Source: the human T2T-CHM13v2.0 reference genome, Homo sapiens | Length of the DNA stretch: 64,000 nt | Direction: 5' to 3' (one strand) | Assembly: GCF_009914755.1 (NCBI RefSeq) | Contig: NC_060925.1 | Shown: one piece after another, positions 1 to 64,000 of the stretch | How the letters are laid out: each line of letters starts with the position of its first letter | Position numbering within the stretch: position 1 is the stretch's first letter | Translations under genes and position numbers: made by a program | Notes under the pieces: generated by a model | Told to the model about the DNA's origin: nothing | The model's input: only the letters and a program-made list of their open reading frames with translations | The model's database searches: none

Positions 1-113
1 AAGACGGGGTTTCACCATGTTGGTCAGGCTGGTTTCGAACTCCTGACCTCGTGATCCACCCGCCTCGGCCTCCCAAAGTGCTGGGAATACAGGCGCGAGC
101 CACCGCGCCCGGC
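1..113 (-). repeat. Alu (partial, cut by window edge)
   Basis: Antisense Alu left arm ending gcgcccggcc. Confidence 0.9.
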
Positions 114-1283
114 CGCTCAGAGAAGTATTTCTAAGATTAACACCATCTCCTAACTATTAAATATCTTCATCAGAATGATCATAACCCTTGAAATAGCAAC
201 AGCCAGCTTGATGGAGCATTCGGCGCCTGTCAAATATCTTACTAGTATCTCCAAGAGTTCGTTTTCTAATTTGAATTTTCAATTTTGTGTCACTCCCCTT
301 TAACTTCTTCGAAGCTACCAAACAGGTTACTGAATCATCTGCGTTTTGTACTTACCTTTTTCCCCCACTTTCGAATATTAAAAATGTTCCCGTCAGACCG
401 CCTTTTGGTCACCGCATAGGGGCAGTCCCCACCGTGTCCGGCCAGCCTTCCACACGTACAGCTGTCGGATACTCTGCGGTCCAGCGTTTACACACTGCCC
501 ATCCCAGTTAAACACCACTAAACAAGTACCAGTCGATGCCAGCGCCAAACACCGCGTCTCCGCCTCGCCCTGCGGGCCGGAGGATATTCAGGAGAGTGGG
601 AAAACGGCCGGTCCCAAGGTTAGGCTTAGGCGGCAACAGAAAGCAAACTGAACGCACACCTCTTTAGAACACTGACAACGCTGGCCCGGTGTTTTTAATG
701 CACGAACCCGGCCACCTCGAGTGAATCCCGCAGATGCCTAGAGAAGAGCCCGGTCCAGTCCCGGCCCCGCGGGCCCGGAGCAGGGAGCCGCACGAAGCCC
801 GCAGCCGCGAAAACAACTTCGCTGAGCCCGGCCTGGAGCGGGGGCCGGGCGGCGACTCCGCCCTCAGCGGGGAGCGGGGAGCGGGGAGCGATGCCCGGGG
901 CGGCCGCGACGTCAGCGTCCCCGCCCCTGCCGCCCCTACTCCCGGCCAGGCCTCGGGGACCCCCGCCCCACAAAGGGGCGCGAACCCCAAGTAGGAGACG
1001 AGGAAGGGTAGGTGCCAGCCGCCGCCGCCCTTCGCAACCCGGGCCGTCAGCCCCGCCCCCACCGCCGCAGCGACTCCCGCCCCCGCGCCCGCCGAGACCA
1101 AGGCGCTACCGCTCACACTGCCCCTCCCCCCGCGGCCGAGCCGGCGCGGGCCCCCGCACCTCCCCCGCTCGCGCGGCCTCGAGTCCAGAAGACCCGCCTC
1201 CACACACCGGGGCCGCCGCCGCGGAGCCTCATGGGGGTTGGAGTCCCCAAGGTTTCCTTTGTGCGCAGTATTGGCGGGGCCTT

Positions 1284-1383
1284 GGACTACCACTCCCACA
1301 AGGCACCGCGCCCGCCTCCCGCGCCACGCCCCCTCGCCGCTGGCTTCCAGTCGCCACCCAGACTACATTTCCCGACAGGCCTC
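1284..1383 (+). promoter_or_regulatory. Two ZNF143 (Staf) SBS elements with ACTAC extension (ZNF143/THAP11-HCFC1-type motif)
   Basis: GGACTACCACTCCCACAAGGCACCGCG (1284-1310) and GACTACATTTCCCGACAGGCCTC (1361-1383). Confidence 0.7.
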
Positions 1384-1730
1384 CCGGCTCTCCCGCCCTC
1401 CCTCCCGAGACACGAGCCGAACTGGGCGTCAGGTCGGGGAGCCGGTCGGGTTCCCGCTCACCGCCGCCGCCGCCGCCCCCTGCAGCCACTCTCCCGCCTC
1501 TACCGCCGCGGGAGCTGCATCGTCCACTCCGGTCGGCGGTGGAACCGCCAGTCCGGGGTCACAGAGCTTGAGAAGCGACGCGCTGAGCCCCCCATCACCT
1601 CCAGCCCGGGCGACCCCTCCCGGGTCCGCCCTCGCCCTGCGCAGCCGCCCGAGCCCCCAGCCCCGGGCGGCCCCGCTCCAGCATCCCAGCTCCTGCACTC
1701 TCGCAGCCGCCGCCGCCCCCCGCCCGGAAC

Positions 1731-11655
<9,925 letters not shown>

Positions 11656-11929
11656 TCATGATTCAAGGTTCAGGCGATTGCGTTCTGTGCTGAAGGACAA
11701 TTGTGTTTCTTTTCTCCTTGCTACCTCCCCAAAGCATGATTACATCAAGTCTCTGGGAAGGCAGCGTCTCAGTGTGCACTTAGCAGGATGGAAAATGCCC
11801 ACGGTGTTAAGGTACCTTGCTGGTGAATTCCTTAGAAACAAACCACAGGACGAGTAGATGTGAATGGTTTTTGCAGTTTCTTCATCAGATTGAGGATTAG
11901 CTCAAGCCCCAGTGAGTGGTTAGCCTACT

Positions 11930-12237
11930 TTTGATTTTTTTTTTGTTTTTGAGACTTGAGTTTCGTTCTTGTCACCTAGGCTGTGAAGTGCTGTGATGAG
12001 ATTTTGGCTCATTGTAACTTCCACCTCCCGGGTTCAAGAGATTCTCCTGCTTCAGCCTTCCGAGTAGCTGGAATTACAGGTGCCCGCCACCATGTGCGGC
12101 TAATTTTTGTATTTTTAGTAGAGATGGGGTTTCACCATGTCGGTCAGGCTGGCCTTGAACTCCTGATCTCAGGTGATCCGCCTGCCTCGGCCTCCCAAAG
12201 TGCTGGGATTACAGGCGTGAGCCACTGCGCCTGGCCG
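11930..12237 (-). repeat. Alu between PHF13 poly(A) site and THAP3 promoter
   Basis: Alu consensus, antisense. Confidence 0.9.
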
Positions 12238-12489
12238 ATTTTTTTTTTTTTCTTCTTACAAGATGACGCCTTCCCTATAGGCTGCTTTGAGAAAGCTGCA
12301 GCCTCGGAGTTTCTGCAAGGCCTGAACTGGAATCTCCCTCCCCTTCAGTTGCCCTTTTTGCCTCTTCACGTTTGGGGGTTCCCTGTGACCAAACTTAAGG
12401 GCAGTGAGCTGTCTGGCCTCTGAACTGACACCACCAGTGGCCAACTAGTACCACCTCCAGTGACGTCAGAGGAGTCCAGACCTATTCAC

Positions 12490-12618
12490 AATTCAAAGCC
12501 CTAAAAACACTGAGGGGTTGGCCGTTGGTTTCCAGTTGTCCAAGCCTGTGAGTGGCTATGCGTCCTGGTTGGGTGCTCAAAGCAAGGAGGTGAAAGGCGA
12601 CCAGCATTGGCGAATGGG
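12490..12618 (+). other. THAP3: THAP3 non-coding first exon (start approximate)
   Basis: Donor GGG|gtaaga at 12619; matching acceptors ccgcag| at 12814 and 12833 upstream of the ATG. Confidence 0.6.
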
Positions 12619-12882
12619 GTAAGACTTGCACAGGCCCAAGGCTAGGAGTTGGGGTTTCGGGCCTGAATTGGGGCCCGGAGCACCCCTTTACGTGGCGCCC
12701 CGGGTCCCGTCCGACCCTGGGGAGACGCGGGTGGCTGGGATGGCAGGATGAGCGCGCCCTGGAGGCGAGCCAGGCCCGTCACCACCTCCCAGCGGCCCCG
12801 CCCCTCCCCGCAGGTCCCTCCCCTCTCCGCAGGCCCCGCCGCCGCCGCCATCTTTGTTGGGGGCAGCCAGGCCTGGCTCGAG

Positions 12883-20741
<7,859 letters not shown>

Positions 20742-21166
20742 GCCCCACAGGCTCCGGACGCAGAGGTGGCAGTGGCACCAGGGCCGGCAGAGCTTTGGAG
20801 CTCTGGCTGTGGACATTTTTGTCTGCTGTGGACACTGAGAAAGTTGGCCATGAGGCCTGCTTGGCCGGGGATCGAGACAGTAGCCAAGCTCCCCGGCGAG
20901 AGCCCCAATGCCGTCTGGGGGACGTTTAGAGGCGTGGCACTAGGAGTGCACATCTGTGAGCATGACAAGCTTATCCTCCCATGGTAACAGAAGTCCAGGC
21001 TGAGGCTGATTCTGGACGCTGTCCTTTCAGCACACGCAGAGCAAAGATCGTTGGAAGCCCCAGTGTGGGAGATGCTCCTCAGGGAGGAAGCCATGTGAGG
21101 GGGCTGGCTCTGTGGCGGGTGAGTGGTCCCCTCCTCCATCAGCCTGGACAGCCGCTCGGGGTTCTA

Positions 21167-21590
<424 letters not shown>

Positions 21591-21683
21591 CTGACTTCCT
21601 ATTTTGTCTAATTTATAGCTTTAGTGAATTAAAGAAAAAAGTTCTAGCCTGATTTCCTAACTTGGGGTCTATTTATTTCTCAG

Positions 21684-21752
21684 GCAATGTTGTTTAATGT
21701 AGAAAATGGAACCCCAGCTTCACGTGAAGCCTTGTGGTTGAGTGAGGAGTGA
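21684..21752 (+). CDS. THAP3: THAP3 alternative last exon (short isoform C-terminus AMLFNVENGTPASREALWLSEE*)
   Basis: tatttatttctcag acceptor, phase 0 with donor 20159; with the TSPCRSQ acceptor gives 175 aa, matching my recollection of a short THAP3 isoform; + strand AATAAA at 23241-23246. Confidence 0.75.
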   Translation, partial: AMLFNVENGTPASREALWLSEE

Positions 21753-21848
21753 AGGATGGGGAGGAGGCCTCTGGGGAAGGGGTTCCCTCCCTCCTGAAGA
21801 TGAACACACAATACACGGAAGAGCGCCAGCCTCTGCTTTCAGGAAAGG

Positions 21849-21854
21849 TTTATT
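21849..21854 (-). terminator. DNAJC11 poly(A) signal
   Basis: TTTATT on + = AATAAA on -, ~1.5 kb downstream of the DNAJC11 stop. Confidence 0.7.
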
Positions 21855-23338
21855 GTGGTGAGTGCCTTCTGTACAGTCGACTGCAAATGAAACGCAGAGG
21901 ATGGGTGCCCAGAAGCACCTGCGGCAGAGGCGCACGGGAAGCCCGGGGCCCAGGCTCATGCAACACGACGCTCACCGCGGCTCGGGCCGTGGGGCCGTCA
22001 GAGAAACCTTTTTAAAAAATGGAGATGAATGTTACAGAATTGGACAACCCGAACTGCTTTTCAAAACCAGAGGAAGGAGGTTCTTAGCCGTTACTCAGAT
22101 ACCAGTGCTGGGGAGGGAGGCCTGACTTCAGCAACAGCTGTGGGTGGGCTGGAGGCCGGCGCAGCTTGGGGCCCCCCGCGCCAGCTGTCTCAGCCACCAC
22201 CTGTGCGGCGCTTGCTCCGAGGGGTCAGCAAGAGCAACTGATGGCTGCCACTTCCAGGCCCCGAGAGACAGGCCTCACGTAACTTTACTGCAGCCGAGGT
22301 CCAGGCCGTGGAGGGGGTCCTAGCTCCGCTGCATTCTGCATCCCAAGTGGGCACGTGGAGGAAGGGTCTGAAGGAAGGCTCCGGAGCACAGGCCCTGGTG
22401 TTCCTGTGAGGACGCTGGACCTGCAGGAGCGGGGAGCTGCAGTGCCACCTGCTGGGTACCACGGGCCGGGCCTGGGGTCCACGCCTTTGGGTTGGGTGTG
22501 TCTGATGTCTTGCCAAGCGCCTGGTCCTGTCCTCTTGAGCTGCCCTTGCCCAGCACTGCACTCTGGAGGTGGGTGGTGCAGGCGGTGGAGGGACACAGGC
22601 CAGCTCAAGCCCGCTGGTGGCAGGGCGTTTTCCCACCGGGATACGGGAAGCCACCTGTGTCAGGGCTAGGCCCTGGGATCGGGAGTTACACTACCCTGTC
22701 CCAAGCCGAGGGGGCCGGTGGAATGACTTGAGCAGCTCTGGGAGTGGGGAAAAAAGACGACTAATTTCCAAACCCGTTTGTTCTCAGATAAAAAGCAGTT
22801 TTATAAACCCGCAATCTGCTCCAGATTCAAGCAGTAATATTTCAGCAAGAGGAGGTGGTCATGGGAAGCCAGCACAGCAGAGGCTCCCTGACCGGGAGGC
22901 CTGCCTGCTTTTCAGGTTGTTTCCCATGTTCAGCGTGGACTGCAGAAGTGGCTCACGCTCCTGTGGTGAGGGCAGGGTGCTCCACAGACACCTCCAGACC
23001 CAGCCAAGAACTACAGGGCGGCGGGCTGCGGTCAGCACGTGTGCTCGGGACACAGCGGAGTCAGGGCCAGAGCCCTTCCCTCCAGGAACTGATCCTTGGG
23101 AAAACAGCCATGGGCCAGGCTGCAGTCTGGTTCCCAGTGGGGCTGCCTCAGTCCTACCCCCAGCACCCTCAAAAGCTGGGGTGTCTGCATGTCCCTTCAC
23201 ATAATTGATAATGGTACCACCTTCTATAATAATAATATAAAATAAAAACATCTGATGTCTGGGTTTTTTCATTTCCAAATTTGTAGACTCCCAGGAAAAG
23301 ATTTTTTGCGGCCTTTTAAAAATCTGGTTCTTGGCAGT

Positions 23339-55474
<32,136 letters not shown>

Positions 55475-56649
55475 CTATGCACAGAATCAAGATGGGAAGA
55501 CAGTTGAGGACCCAGGAGGTAAGGGAAACGTACACAAAGAGCTGCAGCCATTGATTTTGGTGTGTGCATGCTGCCTGGGGTCCGGCCACAGCCTTTCCTC
55601 AGGAAGGACCCCAAACCATGAGTTCCACCATCCGATGGCTCAGGCCTGGGTGAGGGAGAGCTCACTGCCCTCCTGGCCCTTCCCAAGGTTGAAATGAGTT
55701 TTCACTCAGCTCTCCAGAGTGACTTAAACATTCTTTATTTTAGCAACTTATCTCTGAGGCTGCAGAAATCTTACAAGGAAAATGTCACCTTATGAATTTC
55801 TTTCTTTTTTTTCTTTTTTGAGACGGAGTCTCGCTCTGTCGCCCAAGCTGAAGTGCCGTGCATTATCTCAGCTCACTGCAAGCTCCGCCTCCTGGGTTAA
55901 CACCATTCTCCTGCCTCAGCCTCCTGAGTAGCTGGGACTACAGGCGCCCGCCACCACCCCTGGCTAATTTTTTTTTGTATTTTTAGTAGAGACAGGGTTT
56001 CACCATGTTACCCAGGATGGTCTCAATCTCCTGACCTCGTGATCCACCCACCTCGGCCTCCGGAAGTGCTGGGATTACAGGCTTGAGCCACTGCGCCGGC
56101 CTACCTTAAATTTCATAGTGTAAATTTCCTAATGAATCTCAGATAACAAATGTTAAATATCAAGACGAAGGCAAGCTGGCTCTCCCTAGTGGTCTGAGAC
56201 AATCGCTAGAGACTCCTTTTGAGCTTCTTGGACCAAGGATCTCGAGCTGTCGGGTCTAGGTGTTTTTATTCTGTTGTTGTAGAAACGGGGTCTTGCTATA
56301 TTGCCCAGGTTGGCCTCAAACTCTTGGCCTCAAAGGATCCTCCCACATCAGCCTCCCAAAGTGCTGGGATTGCAGGCACGAGCCACCATGTCTGGTGGGT
56401 CTGAGTGTTTTCAGAATCATGGGACTCTTCTTCTTATAACAGTATATGAACCTTAGAATGTGGGCTGTCAGTTATAGGCTGGCGTAACAATACTCAGGTA
56501 CCACACAGCAGACCTCATTAAACTCGGGGACGCAGAGTAATGTCGAGTCTGAGAAAATAAGGTATTCCGGCCTGGCGCGGTGGCTCACGCCTGTAATCCC
56601 AGCACTTTGGGAGGCAGAGGTGAGGGGATCACCTCAGGTCAGGAGTTCA

Positions 56650-57446
<797 letters not shown>

Positions 57447-57576
57447 CTATCACGACCAAAGTTATCAGATGGATGGGGGAGGGGGCAGGGGTATACGAAA
57501 GCAGATTCTGCCCATCCATGGGAGAAACACAGGGGAGTCTTGAGTTGCTGCTCACAGACTATCTAAAAAGGTGTGA

Positions 57577-57858
<282 letters not shown>

Positions 57859-58874
57859 TGATCCGCCCGCCCAGATTATTTTTTAAAATACAAGCTTATA
57901 GCAAAAAATCAATAGAACAGAAGGATAGGAAATAAAAAGTATGCGATTCCCCTTACCCATATTCCCTCTTCTCATGGGCTCACACTCATCTCACAGGCTC
58001 ACACTCAATTTTTTTTGTATCTCTTCCTAAAAATTCTCTATGCATGCTTATGTACCTACGTATGTGCGCATATGCACGTGCACACACACATACACACATT
58101 CAATATAAATAAGATATTACAGGCTTTGTGCAACTTGATTTTATTTTTCAACAAATAAAAAAAAATACAAAAACGCATCCAAAAAATCCTAGGAACTCGT
58201 CCACTACTTTAAACATTAAAAATATTGAAAACATTTTCTTCTCTAATAACCCAATATAAATCAATAATTACTAAAAAGGGGGAAGTGGTTCTTTTTAAGG
58301 AAGCTTTAAAATAAAAAGATTGTTAAAATCATCCAAGAACAAACTAAAGGTCCTAAGTGGCATGACAGTGATTGCTCTGTGACCTCGCAAGGGCATTCTG
58401 GGTTCTATTTCGTGAACAAGATGCGTTCCCGCTGCCCAGGCTTAAAATCATCGAGGGTGCGTCACCTATCTACAGCACTCTCACTTGCCAATACCACCCA
58501 TCCTGACATAGACAAAAGCAAGGTACAATTTTTCAAAGTTTCCATTATCTTCTCAATCTCATGTCAGCCCCTCCCTGCATCGAAAGAAAATAAAAATGAA
58601 AGAGCTTCAGGGAAATGTAGGTAATCAACTATTCCATTAAGTTTGAAGATCCAGAAAATATGCTTTAAAATACTTTAAAAATTATTCATGACTTTACAGC
58701 CCAATTCAGTGGACCTGACTGTGGAGCCACAGTTTCTCTGGACTCAGTGGATGGTGACCATCCCAAGGACAAGGAGGTCTAAGTGTGAGGCTGTCTGAAT
58801 GCAGACAGTTCCTCTACATAGCTCAGAGGATGCAGGATGTTCCAATCTGGATAAAGAGATTTGATTTGACTTGA

Positions 58875-59030
<156 letters not shown>

Positions 59031-59175
59031 TGAGTAGCTGGGACTACAGGCATCTGCCACCACGCCCGGCTAATTTTTTTTAGTAGAGACGGGGTTTCAC
59101 CGTATTAGCCAGGATGGTCTTGATCTCCTGACCTCATGATCCGCCTGCCTTGGCCTCCCAAAGTGCTGGAATTAG

Positions 59176-59432
<257 letters not shown>

Positions 59433-59502
59433 TGATCTGCCTGTCTTGGCCTCCCAAAGTGGCGTGAGCCACTGCGCCCAGCGATATTTTATTTTATTTT
59501 AA

Positions 59503-59802
<300 letters not shown>

Positions 59803-60640
59803 TAGAAATTTTATAATTGAGTGTTCTATTCAACAGGATATTAGTTTTAAAAAATGCAGATTTTAATGAAAGTTTGATTCGCCATAACTTTAATCAGTGA
59901 CATAAGCAGGCCCATGAATATGCCCATACACTACTATTTTTTTCAGAAACAGGTTTGCTAGCTGCTGAGAATTAAAATCCTGGACTCAAACCCTGTAGGA
60001 GAAAAAAGAAAACAAAGCCTGGAAAGTGTGAAGCTTCACAAAGGCTGCAGCAGGAAAAGATTCATTTTCAGGAATTTTAGCTGTTTCATCTTTGAAGACT
60101 GAACTAACAGCTGAAAATTACTTTCTCTCTGTTACATTCTGTGATGAATTACGAACGCAAATAATCCAAAGGTGGCAGATCATTCCATTTTTAGTCATAT
60201 TTTACACAAATTTTGCAAATAGTTGGTACATAATCAGAGCTAACAGCAAAGCCAAAATGGCCAGCCTTTCTGGAGCGGTGAAGACACTTAGCAGGGCAGG
60301 GCACTTCATTCTCAGCTCCCACAGGCCTCTGCCAGCCTTGATTATTTATATCTTCCTTTAAACAGAATACATGATGCCAGAGAGGGGAACAGGACTAAGC
60401 CAGCTGTGAGCCGCTCTTCTCCTTATCAGCAACCCTTACAGACAGAGGCATCTGGGAACACAGCATCCAAAGCTGCATGACAGTTGATAAATACCAGACA
60501 TTTTCAATGTTTCTCATGGACAGAGTGTATCACATGCAGCTCATGAATCCATACAACTGCTGTTCACTGGAGCATTCACCAACTAGGTCTATCCCTATGC
60601 TAACCAGAAAACTGACTGAGCGGCCAGGTGCAGGGGCTCA

Positions 60641-60949
<309 letters not shown>

Positions 60950-61169
60950 CTACAACAAAAAAACAACCACCAAGAAGACTGACTTTATTGATGAAAGGAA
61001 TGAGGAGATATCCAAAAGCTAGGTGGCATAATGGAAGGAGGACAGACAGGACCTCAAACCTCCTGGGAGACCTCAGGCAAGTCACCTTTCTAAGCTTCAG
61101 TTTCCCTGCTATAAAATGAGGAGGGTTAAGCGACATCATTTGAAAAGTGTCATCTGGTTCTAGCTAGTA

Positions 61170-61500
61170 AACTTTTTCTTCTGGGATAATTTTAGAAAAT
61201 GATTTGGAAACGCTACAACAACAGTACAGAAATTTCTAGTATAGCCTGCACCCAGGTTCCCCCAATGTTAGCACCTTTTATAACCATGGAAGAGCTCTCA
61301 AATCTCAGAAACCAACATTAATACATTTCTACTAATTAAACCTAGGGTTCAGATTTCACTAGATTTTCTACGAACATCCTTTTTCTGTTCCAGGATCCAA
61401 TCCAAGATTCCACGTTGCATTTAGACACGAGGTGTCCTTAGTCTTCTCTGCTCTGTGACAGTTCTAAACCTTTGCTAGTTTTTCATGATCTTGACCATAT
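61170..61500 (-). mobile_element. Old L1 (L1MB/L1MC-type) 3' fragment
   Basis: cttttctgttccaggatccaatccaagattccacgttgcatttag...catgatcttgac phrases typical of old L1 3'UTRs. Confidence 0.55.
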
Positions 61501-61875
61501 TACTGCTTTTAATACAGGCTGACTTTCTCATATACTATAAAACCGATGTCAGAGACAGGGAAAAGTAAAATATAAATAATGTAAAGGACTGCAGACAAAA
61601 ACCAAACTGCAGATGATCTGGGCCGAAGGATGCAACTCTGGGTGTAATCTAACATCTGAAAGTGACACCTGCAGGAGATGAGTTACGTGGTTTCCATGGC
61701 AGTTGCCAGCCATTACCAGAATCAACCCTGTCAAAGTATTCACAGTTCAAGGTTAGATTTTTGCCATTCTGAAAAAATGACCAATTTCATTTTCAATGTG
61801 GATATCTGCACAAACATCACTAACCAACCTCAAGAAGTAAACAGTATGGCTGGTTTTATAAGTTGGGAATGGTTA

Positions 61876-62352
<477 letters not shown>

Positions 62353-64000
62353 CTACACTCTAGCCTGGGTGACAAAGTGAGACTCTGTCTCAAAAAAAAA
62401 AAAGTCTGAAAATTTACCTAATGACTGACAACTGGGCCAGTATTTTGTACATTCTAAAGAAGCTCCAGGGTTGGGGAGTGATTTCTAGTTGGTGGAGTAC
62501 TTTGAGATCTTTGGATTAAAGGCGTCTCAGACACTCAGGATACCAACAGTCAATGCCCTTCACCCTTCACTGACTACCCATATGGTAGCCTAATAAATAT
62601 GTGGTAAATGGATACCCTTCAGCAACTGAAGAGTTTAACAGTCTAAAAATACCAGCAACAGCATGAAGGGAATACAGCTTCCTCCCTGGAGTGAAAGCTA
62701 TTATTGCAGTGAGAGAATCCTCATATGGAACAATCCATCCAGCTGTAGGAATTCCTTGAAGGAATGTTGATGCCAGCTTCATAGAATGTGCTTGAGTTCA
62801 ATGAGACTTTCTGTGTATTATGAATAATGGGCTCAATTTTCCTATTGGATGTTAAGCACTAATACATATCCGAGTAAATATCTGGGGAGGTGTCTTCATT
62901 TAGTTTTCTTTGAAAGCATTTTTATCTTGCAGCAAAAGCTTAGTATCCACATGAAAAAAAAAAAAAAGCCAATTCTGATCTATGAGAACCTGACTTCCTT
63001 AGTTTACTAAAAAAATACGAAAATAATGTTTAACCACTTGCCACCCACGACTGTGCACTTATTTTTATTTTCATTTATTTATTTCATTTTTTATTTTTTG
63101 AGACACAGTCTCACTGTCACTCAGGCTGGAGTGCAGTGGTGTGATCATGGCTCACTGAAACCTCGACCTCCTTAGGCTCAAGCGATCCTCCCACCTCAGC
63201 CTCCCAAGAAGTAGGATTACAGGCACTCACCACCATGCCTGGTTAATTTTTTCATTTTTTATCGCTTGTAGAGATGCGATCTCACTGTGTTGCTCCAGCT
63301 GGTCTCGAACTCCTGAGCTCAAGTGATTCTCCTGTGTCAGCCTTTGAAACTGCTGGAATTACAGGTGTGAGCCACTGCACCCAGCCCTATATATTTGTAT
63401 AACCACCATTTTGCGTGTGGATTTGCTTTGTTTCTAATGGGAAGATAATCTGGTCTGATGAGAGGAAGCCATACAATATTCTACCAGCAGACCCCAGTGC
63501 TCCACTGATTGGGATAATGCTGCTGGGGACTAAAAACCTAGTCTTTGAAGAGGGAATATGTAATGGGGTCCTACAGCTTTTCAGTGACTCCAATTGCTGA
63601 CTTGAAAAATTGTAGCCAACCCACATCTTAAAAAAACAAAGAAGCTTTAAGGAGTGTATAAAGAGTGACGGGGAAATTGAATAAATACAACAGAATTCTA
63701 CTTTCCTTTTTGGATGAGAAAATGCTAAGTTATTTGGCTTAATACCTAGCTGCAATGAACCAATGTGACAGGAAGCACTGCTATTCCCATCAAGCCAGAG
63801 GCCAAATACCAACTGCCCACTGGAGCCAGGAGGACATGCAGATGAGAAGAGCCAGACATAACGCAAGGGGGAGTGGTGGGGACTGGGACAAATTGGACAG
63901 CCCAGCCCCATCTGAAGGGCAAGGGCTCCTCAGATCCACTGTTACCAGATCTTCAGATGTTTCAAGAAAAGACAGAAGACTGAATTATCATGCAGAACCT

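Noticed and set aside
22190-23278. 150-210 aa ORFs in the THAP3/DNAJC11 overlap
   Set aside because: GC-rich 3'UTR sequence with no recognisable domain; several start at non-ATG codons.

Overview
Human (primate) genomic DNA, very Alu-rich, recognisable as the 1p36.31 PHF13-THAP3-DNAJC11 locus. Manual splicing at GT-AG boundaries gives three genes. PHF13 (+, 4 coding exons, 300 aa) is complete, with a CpG-island promoter carrying two ZNF143/ACTACA-type elements. THAP3 (+, 5 coding exons, 239 aa) is complete, with a NAGNAG acceptor, a +21-nt alternative acceptor and an alternative last exon giving a 175-aa form that lacks the HCF-1-binding motif and coiled coil. The last 13 exons of DNAJC11 (-, 467 aa plus stop) are present; its J-domain exons lie beyond the right edge. 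Almost all other ORFs in the supplied track are Alu-derived or GC-rich shadow frames. I found no convincing new biological system. The most testable oddities are: a ~1.4 kb convergent THAP3/DNAJC11 3' overlap tied to THAP3 isoform choice; frame-compatible PHF13-THAP3 read-through splicing; a two-uORF THAP3 leader; a tiny HNRNPA1 3'-end retrocopy that puts a sense poly(A) signal in a DNAJC11 intron; an LTR12 inserted into an Alu with a splice donor; antisense splice donors around the PHF13 promoter; and a triple-nested Alu. Gene and repeat names come from recognition, not from database searches.
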